The position numbers and the translations under genes were made by a program. A model generated the notes under the pieces. The model had not been told where the DNA came from, made no database searches, and was given only the letters and a program-made list of their open reading frames with translations. A stretch of DNA of 30,086 bases from Polyangiaceae bacterium (GTDB taxonomy: Bacteria > Myxococcota_A > Polyangia > Polyangiales > Polyangiaceae): the NCBI GenBank assembly GCA_025453595.1, contig JALOQB010000032.1:1-30086 (forward strand), given 5' to 3'. Shown here piece by piece: positions 8,857 to 16,145 of the stretch; within the stretch, counting starts at the first letter, position 1; the number at the start of each line of letters is the position of its first letter.

Positions 8857-9771
8857 TCAGGGGCAAGACCAACCAGAGCGGTCCTTGAGCCTCCCTTGCT
8901 TGCCGGTCGGTACGTGATGGAGATCTCCCGGCTCTCCCTGCCCCGGAGGAGCGCCATGTTGCGTCACATTGATGGGGTTGAGGCCGATCCTTTCGTGCAA
9001 CGTGGGGGCCTTCAAGTACACATCCCAGTGGTAGCCCCCTCCGGTGGCTGGCCGGGCCCACGCGTTCCCCTGAGCGTCCAGCCAGCAAGGCCGCCCAGAG
9101 TGCACCCCGCACACCCTGGTGGAGCGCCTCTCCCAGTATGGCGAAAGGCAGAAGGGGTGAGCACCAGGGCAGGGGGCGACGGGGAGACGACCGTCCATCC
9201 GAATCGAAAACGGAGCCTCGACATGGCGAGGCCTTGCGATCCACCGGACTGCCCTCGGGGATCGCCCCTGCAAGGCCGCGTAAAGCCTCCACCGGGTCAC
9301 CTCGAGCAGTTCCACACCACCAGAAGAACGATCGCAAGAATTACGCCCTTCTATGTGGTTGCACAGAACAGCGACGTCCTCCTGATGTGCCTGCAGCAAG
9401 GCAGCGCCGAGGACCTCGGTGACGATGTTTGTCCAGTCTTTGCCAAGCCCGCTCCATGCCGCAAGCTCACGCACCCCCCAGACTCTCCCCGCCACAGAAA
9501 CCTTGGAGAGCACACGCCCGCGCCTTGCAAACTCACGGAGCCTGTCGACAGCTTGCTTGAGGTTGCGGTCAGCGCCGTTGAGGTCAGGTCCCTCGGTCCG
9601 GTACACCTCGTCGAAGTAAGCAAAATCTCCCACCTTCGAGAGCAAGACAAAGCCAGGCAACCGAAGGAGCAAGTTGGCATCCTCGACCCGCTGGAGGAGG
9701 CATTTTTTTGCCATGTCACCCGAGAGTCCAGGTTGGCGGAAGAACCCAGGGTCAAGGACCAGCAGGGTCAC
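8857..9771 (-). CDS. Hypothetical protein, translationally coupled partner of the islet ATPase. Function unknown, and the distal half is of doubtful coding quality.
   Basis: GTG start at 9771 overlaps the ATPase TGA (GTGA). The first about 165 aa (MTLLVLDPGFF...VAVLCNHIEGRNSCDRS) have normal composition and lower GC. The remaining about 140 codons are W/C/H/R/P-rich and could be non-coding read-through or a frameshifted tail. Confidence 0.4.
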   Translation of the reverse strand: MTLLVLDPGFFRQPGLSGDMAKKCLLQRVEDANLLLRLPGFVLLSKVGDFAYFDEVYRTEGPDLNGADRNLKQAVDRLREFARRGRVLSKVSVAGRVWGVRELAAWSGLGKDWTNIVTEVLGAALLQAHQEDVAVLCNHIEGRNSCDRSSGGVELLEVTRWRLYAALQGRSPRAVRWIARPRHVEAPFSIRMDGRLPVAPCPGAHPFCLSPYWERRSTRVCGVHSGRPCWLDAQGNAWARPATGGGYHWDVYLKAPTLHERIGLNPINVTQHGAPPGQGEPGDLHHVPTGKQGRLKDRSGWSCP

Positions 9772-11411
9772 GGCTTCGAGCCCGCGAGACTGGCCGGGTG
9801 GGGAGGCTCTCCGTCATCATCGGGCTCCTCACCTTCGTCGTGGATTACTCCCGAAGAATTCCCGGGACTTCCCACATTTTTACGCTTATCCAGCCCGGCA
9901 TCGTAGATGTCACGCTCTTCGTCCGTAGCGACATCCATGAAGTCGCTCGGCCACCGCTCGACATCGCCGCTGGAAGTCAGGCTAGAGATATCGATGCGAG
10001 ATCGTCCCTTGGCGTCCTGAGACACCTCGACGATGCGGACGTTCTCGCGGAGCCATGTCTCCATCTCGCTCCCCTCGGGAACGCGAGCGATCAAGCCACG
10101 TAGCCTGCGGACCAGGTGATCGCTGTGGGTCTCGACGATGAGGTTTCGCCCGCTCCGAGCCAGCGCGACAAACCAGTGGGCCAGCGAGGACTGGAGCTTA
10201 GGATGGACGTGAGCCTCGGGCTCCTCGATGGCGCCATGAGAGAATTTCTGGAGCTGGGCAAGGAACGCGACACGTTCAAGGTTGACCTTAGAGCTGTCAA
10301 AACGCCTGGGGTCGAGCAAGAGCCCGTACTCGATCACCGGGAGCAGGTAGGTCAATCCGCGGCCGACATGCTGAAAATTGGACTTACCAAAGAGGAGTTG
10401 AAAACCGAGATCCCTCTCGGCGATGGAGACCTTACCATGCACCCCCATCGACGCTAGCACGTCGTTGACGGCCCCCTCGAGCGGCTGGGCACGGAGCGAA
10501 GGAAGCTCTGTGATCTTGCCGCCTTCGACCTGGAGAGGGGGTAGGTAGTGAACCCTGTCGTTACGGCGAGCATGCAGGAGTTGCGCAGCATACTGGCCTG
10601 AGACCCCGAGGGTCTCGGGCGGGGTAGTCGCGGCACGATAGAGGAGCGGCGGCGGCTCGCGAAGAGAGCTGAGGTAGCCAAAGTCTCGAAGCACAGCGCG
10701 GAGATCTTCCAGAGGCTGGACAAAGAGGAAAGTCCATAGATGAAGCTGGAGCCTTACCCCTGCGCGAGGGCCGATCTTCATCGAACGCTTGAGCGAGAGG
10801 ACAGGGAGAAAGTGATCCCATTCGATATCCACCTCGCTAAAGTAGTTTCCGTTCAAGAGAGCATGATCTCGAGGATTCTCCTTGGAAATTTTCGCCTTGT
10901 AGCCCCGGGAACAAAGTTCAGAGCTGAGCGATCTGAGAGCAACAGAGGCGAGGAAAGCTCGCTTCTTTTCTTGCCTGAATTGGAGGCGAATTTCGGTCTG
11001 CACCTTGGCTTTGGGAAGGTCGGATGAAAAGCCATCTAGCCCCCCTTCTTTTAGTTGAATTTTCGATGTTTTTCCGATCGCCTCGCGGGCCTTTGCGAGA
11101 TCGATTTCTGATTCAAATGTCAAGCAGATGGCAGGTCCCTCGATGGTCTCGCTATCTTCGTCCCCACCAGGCCACCCGGAGGTGAGTTCCTGCAAACTGA
11201 TGGCCTCGACGGCGCCCTCAAGGTGGAGAGAAACTTCGGTGCGTGGGTAGTCGAGGGTTTGTTTGAGGAGCAAGAGAGCCTGGACCAGGGAACTCTTGCC
11301 GCTATTATTGCGGCCCACCAGCACGGTGAGAGGAGCCAGGTTGAGGTGTGTGCGAGCTTCATAGCTTTTGAAACGTTCGACCTCGATTGAAAGGAGTCGG
11401 GCGCGCGCCAT
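9768..11411 (-). CDS. ABC-type AAA_21/AAA_15-family ATPase, as in the OLD, Septu PtuA, PARIS AriA and Gabija GajA N-terminal families. The C-terminal tail may be DUF3696-like.
   Basis: ATG at 11411. Walker A is 'LTVLVGRNNSGKSSLVQALLLL'. The signature/Q-loop-like region is 'GRGLTYLLPVIEYGLLLD'. Walker B and the H-loop are 'AIEEPEAHVHPKLQSSLA...NLIVETHSDHLV'. The C-terminal 'VERWPSDFMD' is recalled from memory as resembling the end of DUF3696. GC is low, about 50%. Confidence 0.8.
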   Translation of the reverse strand: MARARLLSIEVERFKSYEARTHLNLAPLTVLVGRNNSGKSSLVQALLLLKQTLDYPRTEVSLHLEGAVEAISLQELTSGWPGGDEDSETIEGPAICLTFESEIDLAKAREAIGKTSKIQLKEGGLDGFSSDLPKAKVQTEIRLQFRQEKKRAFLASVALRSLSSELCSRGYKAKISKENPRDHALLNGNYFSEVDIEWDHFLPVLSLKRSMKIGPRAGVRLQLHLWTFLFVQPLEDLRAVLRDFGYLSSLREPPPLLYRAATTPPETLGVSGQYAAQLLHARRNDRVHYLPPLQVEGGKITELPSLRAQPLEGAVNDVLASMGVHGKVSIAERDLGFQLLFGKSNFQHVGRGLTYLLPVIEYGLLLDPRRFDSSKVNLERVAFLAQLQKFSHGAIEEPEAHVHPKLQSSLAHWFVALARSGRNLIVETHSDHLVRRLRGLIARVPEGSEMETWLRENVRIVEVSQDAKGRSRIDISSLTSSGDVERWPSDFMDVATDEERDIYDAGLDKRKNVGSPGNSSGVIHDEGEEPDDDGEPPHPASLAGSKP

Positions 11412-11423
11412 AGTTTCATCGGT

Positions 11424-11450
11424 AGTCTACCTTTGTCGCTTGGTTGTCAA
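11424..11450 (-). promoter_or_regulatory. Putative sigma70-like promoter for the islet ATPase operon (TTGACA-N15-TAGACT).
   Basis: On the minus strand 'TTGACAaccaagcgacaaaggTAGACTaccgatgaaactATG' has a perfect -35 and a 4/6 -10. It sits in an AT-rich stretch ending about 12 nt before the start codon, which implies a very short leader. Confidence 0.3.
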
Positions 11451-11736
11451 TGCTCTTTTGATCGAGCCACAGCCGGCATAGTCATTTGATCGAAAGCGCC
11501 GGAGCACGATGACAGCGCCCGCAATGAGGACAGGCAGACACGCTCGCGGCCGAGGCCGCCCTGGAGGGCGAGCAGCTATCCAGGCGGAGGCCTACCCGTT
11601 CGCGGGGTCCGAAGCCCGGAACGCAGAGTTCGAGACCCGGAAGCTGGGGGCCGGCGCGTGAGCAGGATTGCCGGCAGACCTTCCAGGGCTCGATGCGCAA
11701 CGCGGACCGGTGGGTGAAGCTGCCGGCGTGACGAGG

Positions 11737-11828
11737 TATAGAGGCGCCGATGCACACGCGACTTCCACGGGTCTCTGCAGCCTTCGCCTTGCTGATAAGC
11801 GCGAACGCAGGCGCGCAGCCGGCGGGGT
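11737..11828. repeat. Right copy of the imperfect direct repeat, forming the start of the intact MscS gene.
   Basis: See the left copy at 8614-8705. Confidence 0.6.
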
Positions 11829-13027
11829 CCGCGGCGGCCCGGGCTCCGCGGCCAGCCGTCTCCGCGGAGGCCCTCGGCAAGGGGGCCGAGACCTGGGTGG
11901 TGGAGCTGGTTCCCGACCGGTTTCTGGGCGTCTCGCTCTGGGGCCTCGCCCTGTGGCAGTGGCTGGGCATCGTGATCGGCCTGGTGCTGGGCTGGATCGT
12001 GGCGACGCTGGTGGCGTCCGGGGTCGTCGCCGCCCTCAACGGCCTCGTGAAGCGCACCGCCGCCACCTGGGACGACCTGCTGCTCCAGTCGTCGCGGCGC
12101 CCCGTCCGGCTGCTGCTGTGGGTCCTGCTCTTCCAGCTCGCCTGCTCCCAGCTCGCCCTGCCCGGCAGCGCCGACCGCAACGTGGGCCACCTCGCTTACA
12201 CCGGCTACGTCATCGGCGGCGCCTGGTTCCTCCTCACCCTGCTCAACACCGGCACCTCGCTCTACGAGGGCGCCCTCGCCGACGACACCGCCGGCGAGCT
12301 CCGCAGCCGCTCGCTCCGCACACGGCTGACCGTCGCCCGGAGCATCACCTCCGTGCTGCTGCTGCTCGCCGCCGGCGCCATCCTGCTGATGCAGTTCGAG
12401 GTGGTGCGCAACATCGGCCTCTCCCTCCTCGCCTCCGCCGGCGTCGGCGTCGCGGTCATCGGCTTCGCGGCGCAGAAATCCCTGGCGGGCGTGGTGGCCG
12501 GGATCCAGCTCTCGATCTCCCAGCCCGTCCGCATCGGCGACCTGATCCAGTTCGAGAACGAGCTGGGCAACATCGAGGAGATCAACCTCACCTACGTCGT
12601 CATCAAGCTCTGGGACGAGCGCCGCCTGGTGGTGCCCATCTCCAAGTTCGTCGAGGCCAACGTCCAGAACTGGAGCCGCGGCCACCTCCAGCTCCTCGGT
12701 ACCGTGTTCATCCACGCGGACCCCACGGTCCCCGTCCCCCTGGTCCGCGCCGAGCTCGAGCGCCTCTGCGCCGCCCACAAGCTCTGGGACCAGCGCAAGG
12801 CCCTCCTCGCCGTCACCGACATGAGCCCCGACTCCATCACCCTGCGCGCCCTCGTCTCCGTCAGCCACCCGGACCACTTCTTCGACCTGCGCAACGACGT
12901 CCGCGAGGGCCTCATCGCCTTCCTCCAGCGCCTCGACGGCGGCGCCTACCTGCCCCGCCGCCGCTGGGTCATGACCCCTTCCTTCCCTTCCCCCGAGGCC
13001 CCCAGGGAGACCCCCTCCGGGGAGTGA
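11750..13027 (+). CDS. MscS-family mechanosensitive ion channel with a signal peptide and an extended N-terminus.
   Basis: The ORF is 425 aa with N-terminal signal-like 'RVSAAFALLISANAGAQ' and TM helices. The conserved MscS pore and beta-domain region is 'GVGVAVIGFAAQKSLAGVVAGIQLSISQPVRIGDLIQFENELGNIEEINLTYVVIKLWDERRLVVPIS'. Confidence 0.8.
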   Translation: MHTRLPRVSAAFALLISANAGAQPAGSAAARAPRPAVSAEALGKGAETWVVELVPDRFLGVSLWGLALWQWLGIVIGLVLGWIVATLVASGVVAALNGLVKRTAATWDDLLLQSSRRPVRLLLWVLLFQLACSQLALPGSADRNVGHLAYTGYVIGGAWFLLTLLNTGTSLYEGALADDTAGELRSRSLRTRLTVARSITSVLLLLAAGAILLMQFEVVRNIGLSLLASAGVGVAVIGFAAQKSLAGVVAGIQLSISQPVRIGDLIQFENELGNIEEINLTYVVIKLWDERRLVVPISKFVEANVQNWSRGHLQLLGTVFIHADPTVPVPLVRAELERLCAAHKLWDQRKALLAVTDMSPDSITLRALVSVSHPDHFFDLRNDVREGLIAFLQRLDGGAYLPRRRWVMTPSFPSPEAPRETPSGE

Positions 13028-13031
13028 TCGC

Positions 13032-16000
13032 TTGCACCCTTCTCCTCGCCCCGCTCCCCTCCTCCTGGGCTCCTGGCTCCTGGCCCTGACCCTCTTCGCC
13101 CCCACCCTCTCCCGGGCCCAGCAGCCCTCCCCCGGCCCCTCCAGCAGCGCCCCCGCCACCTCCGCCTCCAGCAACCCCGCCCCTTCCCCGGAGCGCCAGA
13201 CCCTGCTGCGAATCCTGGAGCTGTTCGAGGGCTCCCTTGATGTCAAAATAGACCCGCAAACGCTCTTCGAGCCACCGCTGGAGGACGAGGGGGCGCTGCG
13301 GCTGGCGGCGGCGCGGAGCCGGGCGCTCCTGCGGGAGGTGACCGAGCCCCCGGGGAAGAAACAAGGTCCTCCACCGGCGCTGTCGGCGGGGGCCCTGTCG
13401 CCGGCGGTGGAGGCGGCGGCGCAGCGGATGAAGCTGGAGCCGTCGAGGCTGGCGGAGGCGCTGGAGCTGGAGCAGGAGCGGCTGAAGTTTTACGAGCTGG
13501 AGGCGGAGCAGCGGGGGAAGCTGCTGGCCGCCCACCGGGAGCGGCAAGAGACGGCGAGGGCCGCGGAGGCGGCGAAGGCGAGCGAGGAGTCCGAGGAAGA
13601 GCGGCGGGCCAAGGAGGCAGAAGAGGAGCGGCAGCGGGCGCTGAAGGCGGCGCAGCAGGCCAGGAGCGAGGCGGATCGCCTGGTGTCGGAGGAGCTGGCG
13701 CGGCTGCTGGGGCTCGAGAAGACGCTGGTGGCGCGGTCGGCGGAGCTGGATGACGAGCGCAAGCGGTTGCTCCAGCGGAGGGACGAGCTGCTGGGGCTGA
13801 GGCAGCGGGCGAGGGCCTCGCTGGAGCAGGGGGAGGCGGAGCGCGACGCGAGCTACCGCGAGCTGCAGCAGCGGCACCGGAAGGCCCGGGAAGAGATGAG
13901 CGGGGTGATGGAGGAGCTGAGGTCATCCAAGACCCGCATCCCGGCGCTGGGGGACGATCCGTTGAGGGATTTCCGCGGGAGCGTCTCGACGGAGAAGGTG
14001 AAGGCGCAGCGGCAGCGGCTGGAGGCGCTGCGGGGCGGGCTGCTGGGGAAGGAGCGGAGGCTGCTGGGAGAGCGAGCGGAGGGGCTGCTGGACGAGCTGG
14101 ACGGGATCAACCAGGAGCGGCTGGGGCTGCTGCCGCGCCTGTCCACGGGGCTGCGGGCCTCGGAGCTCAGCTTCTCGGAGCGGGGGCTGGAGCAGGCGCG
14201 GGCGGAGGTGGCGCACCTGAAGTTGATCTTGCAGGCGCACGGTCATACGGCGCAGGAGTGGCTGCGTGGGTGGAGGGACCAGCAAGGGTCCGCGGGGGAG
14301 GTGGCGCTGCGGCTGGCGACGGCGGTGCCGTGGCTGCTGCTGCTGGTGATTTTTGCCTGGTGGAGGCGCGGCAGCCGCAAGCTCTTCGAGGAGCTGGAGG
14401 AGCGGCTGGAGCGGGAGGAGCGGCGCCACCCGTTCCTGGCGCGGCGAGGGCCGGTGCGGCTGTACCGATTCTTGCTGTCGATACGGCGGACCGTGGAGCT
14501 GATGCTGCTGGTCTCCGCGATGCACTGGCTGCTGCCCGAGGAGACGCGGGCGCTGCTGGAGGTGCAGCTGCTGACGCTGGGGGTTTCCTGGTCCCTCGCG
14601 GGGAGCCTCGTGGTCACCGCGATCAACACGCTGGCCTCCGGGGGGCGCCAGCGCTCGGGGGAGGCAGCCCGACGCGACCGGCTGCGCCTGCGATCCCTGC
14701 GGCTGGTGGGGCGCACGGTGGTGCTGGTGGCGCTGCTGCTGGTCGCGAGCACCCGGCTGGTGGGCGAGGGGACGATCCACCACTGGATCCTGTCGCTGAG
14801 CTGGCTCACGCTCCTGCCGCTCTTCCTGCTGCTCGTGCACTGGTGGCGGGGCGAGCTGCTGGCGCGCCTGCGCAAGGAGGGGAGCCAGGGGCCGCTGCAC
14901 CGCTGGGTACCGGAGCGCCCGGGCGCCTCGTTCGGCCTGGCCGCGGCCTCGCTGGCGGCGCTGTACCTGGGCGCGAGCGCCGCGGCGCGCCTGGCCCGGG
15001 GCTGGGTCAACGGGTTCAACCTGGCCCGCAAGGCCCACGCGTACCTCTTCCAGCGCGAGCTGGACAAGCTCAACCGGGAGCACCTCACCGCCCGGTACAG
15101 CCCCCTGTCCGAGGGAGAGCTGGAGCGGCTCGGGCCAGGGTCGCCTTCCGTCTCCTGGATCGCGGGGCCCGAGGACGACGCCATCGGGCTCATCAAGGAG
15201 CGCGTCGAGGCGCGGCAGGGCAACGTGATCGCCCTGGTCGGGGCCCGGGGCATGGGCAAGAGCACCATGCTGCGCCAGCTGCGCCAGGGCGAGGATGCGC
15301 TCTGGGTCGACGGCGAGGGCGAGGACCTGGAGTTCATCCGCCGATCCCTCGCGGATCAGCTCGACCTCGACAGCATGGCCTCCCTGTCCGCCATCGGCGC
15401 CGCCCTCGACCAGGAGAGCCGCCCCCGCCTGCTGCTCCTCGACGGGGCTCGCGCCCTGATCCGTCCGGTCATGGGCGGCCTCGCCGGCTTTGATCAGCTC
15501 GTCAACGTCGCCCGCTCCTGCAGCCAGCGCGCCGTGTGGGTCATCGCCATCGACGCGGTTGTATGGAAGTTCCTGTCATGCGCCCGGGGCGTGTACCCGC
15601 TCTTTGACGAGGTGATCTTCCTGAAGCCCTGGGGCGAGGACCGGATCGCCGAGCTGCTCCAGCAGCGGACCGGGGAGGTCGAGCTGGCGCCGAGCTTCGA
15701 GCGGCTGCTGGAGGAGCCGGTGGTGGACGAGCTGGAGCTGGCGGAGGCGCTGCAGGAGCGCAAGGCGTCGTATTTCCGGCTGCTGTGGGATCAGGCGGGG
15801 GGCAACCCGGGGGTGGCGCTGGAGCTCTGGCGCCATGCCCTGGCGCGGGACGAGGGGGGCAAGGTCCAGGTGAAGCCCCTGCGGACGCCGGACGCGGAGG
15901 ATCTGGAGCAGCTGCCGGACGAGGCGCTCTTCGTGCTCCGGGCGATCCTGCAGCTCAGCCCCGCGACGCCGGAGCAGGTCGAGGCGGCGACGGGGCTCGA

Positions 16001-16145
16001 CGGCAAGACGATCCAGGACGCGCTGCGCTACGGCCTGGCCCACGACTACCTGCAGCAGCGGGACCGGAGGTACCTGGTAAGCTGGTCCTGGTACCCCTTG
16101 CTCGAGCAGCTCTTGCAGCGCCGTCAGCTCCTGGTGAAGCCATGA
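13032..16145 (+). CDS. Large membrane protein: signal peptide, about 400 aa of periplasmic coiled coil, a multi-TM region and a C-terminal AAA+ (Orc1/Cdc6-like) P-loop NTPase domain.
   Basis: TTG start at 13032 with a GGGGAG RBS about 9 nt upstream. The signal peptide is 'LLLGSWLLALTLFAPTLSRAQQ'. A long E/R/A/L coiled coil follows. Hydrophobic segments include 'VPWLLLLVIFAWW', 'VELMLLVSAMHWLL', 'VVLVALLLVAS' and 'WLTLLPLFLLLVHWW'. Walker A is 'VIALVGARGMGKSTML'. Walker B is 'RLLLLDGA'. A sensor-2-like 'AGGNPGVALELWRHAL' is present. It lies 4 nt after the upstream MscS gene, and its stop overlaps the next start. Confidence 0.7.
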   Translation: MHPSPRPAPLLLGSWLLALTLFAPTLSRAQQPSPGPSSSAPATSASSNPAPSPERQTLLRILELFEGSLDVKIDPQTLFEPPLEDEGALRLAAARSRALLREVTEPPGKKQGPPPALSAGALSPAVEAAAQRMKLEPSRLAEALELEQERLKFYELEAEQRGKLLAAHRERQETARAAEAAKASEESEEERRAKEAEEERQRALKAAQQARSEADRLVSEELARLLGLEKTLVARSAELDDERKRLLQRRDELLGLRQRARASLEQGEAERDASYRELQQRHRKAREEMSGVMEELRSSKTRIPALGDDPLRDFRGSVSTEKVKAQRQRLEALRGGLLGKERRLLGERAEGLLDELDGINQERLGLLPRLSTGLRASELSFSERGLEQARAEVAHLKLILQAHGHTAQEWLRGWRDQQGSAGEVALRLATAVPWLLLLVIFAWWRRGSRKLFEELEERLEREERRHPFLARRGPVRLYRFLLSIRRTVELMLLVSAMHWLLPEETRALLEVQLLTLGVSWSLAGSLVVTAINTLASGGRQRSGEAARRDRLRLRSLRLVGRTVVLVALLLVASTRLVGEGTIHHWILSLSWLTLLPLFLLLVHWWRGELLARLRKEGSQGPLHRWVPERPGASFGLAAASLAALYLGASAAARLARGWVNGFNLARKAHAYLFQRELDKLNREHLTARYSPLSEGELERLGPGSPSVSWIAGPEDDAIGLIKERVEARQGNVIALVGARGMGKSTMLRQLRQGEDALWVDGEGEDLEFIRRSLADQLDLDSMASLSAIGAALDQESRPRLLLLDGARALIRPVMGGLAGFDQLVNVARSCSQRAVWVIAIDAVVWKFLSCARGVYPLFDEVIFLKPWGEDRIAELLQQRTGEVELAPSFERLLEEPVVDELELAEALQERKASYFRLLWDQAGGNPGVALELWRHALARDEGGKVQVKPLRTPDAEDLEQLPDEALFVLRAILQLSPATPEQVEAATGLDGKTIQDALRYGLAHDYLQQRDRRYLVSWSWYPLLEQLLQRRQLLVKP

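Larger units (their letters stand above)
8700..11740. other. Low-GC horizontally acquired islet of about 3 kb with two genes and no integrase or transposase, inserted between the LysR gene and the MscS operon.
   Basis: Local GC is about 47-58% (for example 10850-11100 is about 47-50%) against about 70% in the flanks. The AT-rich intergenic stretch 11412-11480 contains a promoter-like element. The islet is bounded by the imperfect direct repeat 8614-8705 / 11737-11828. Confidence 0.6.

Noticed and set aside
8690-8860. Looked for a tRNA or tmRNA as integration target at the islet's left boundary, and for integrase or transposase genes in the islet.
   Set aside because: No T-loop-like GTTCRANYC or acceptor-stem structure was seen, and no recombinase ORF is present. 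The insertion target appears to be the MscS gene start itself.
9250-9290. Possible HNH-like motif 'LCNHIEGRNSCDRS' in the islet partner protein, which would make the pair Septu-like.
   Set aside because: His and Asn are only 5 residues apart. There is no DH/HH dyad and no second CxxC pair. The spacing does not fit the beta-beta-alpha-Me fold, so HNH is not called.
11482-13246. Minus-strand ORFs 11482..12180 and 11576..13246, and the plus-strand 11668..13089 frame, over the MscS gene.
   Set aside because: They are alternative-frame or antisense ORFs. Only the 11750..13027 frame carries MscS family motifs and TM helices.
13243-15337. Overlapping ORFs 13243..13926-, 13923..15083-, 14243..15337- and 14258..15493+ inside the coiled-coil/AAA+ gene.
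   Set aside because: They are Pro/Arg/Ser/Gln-rich frames without motifs. The 13032..16145 frame has the signal peptide, TM helices and Walker motifs.
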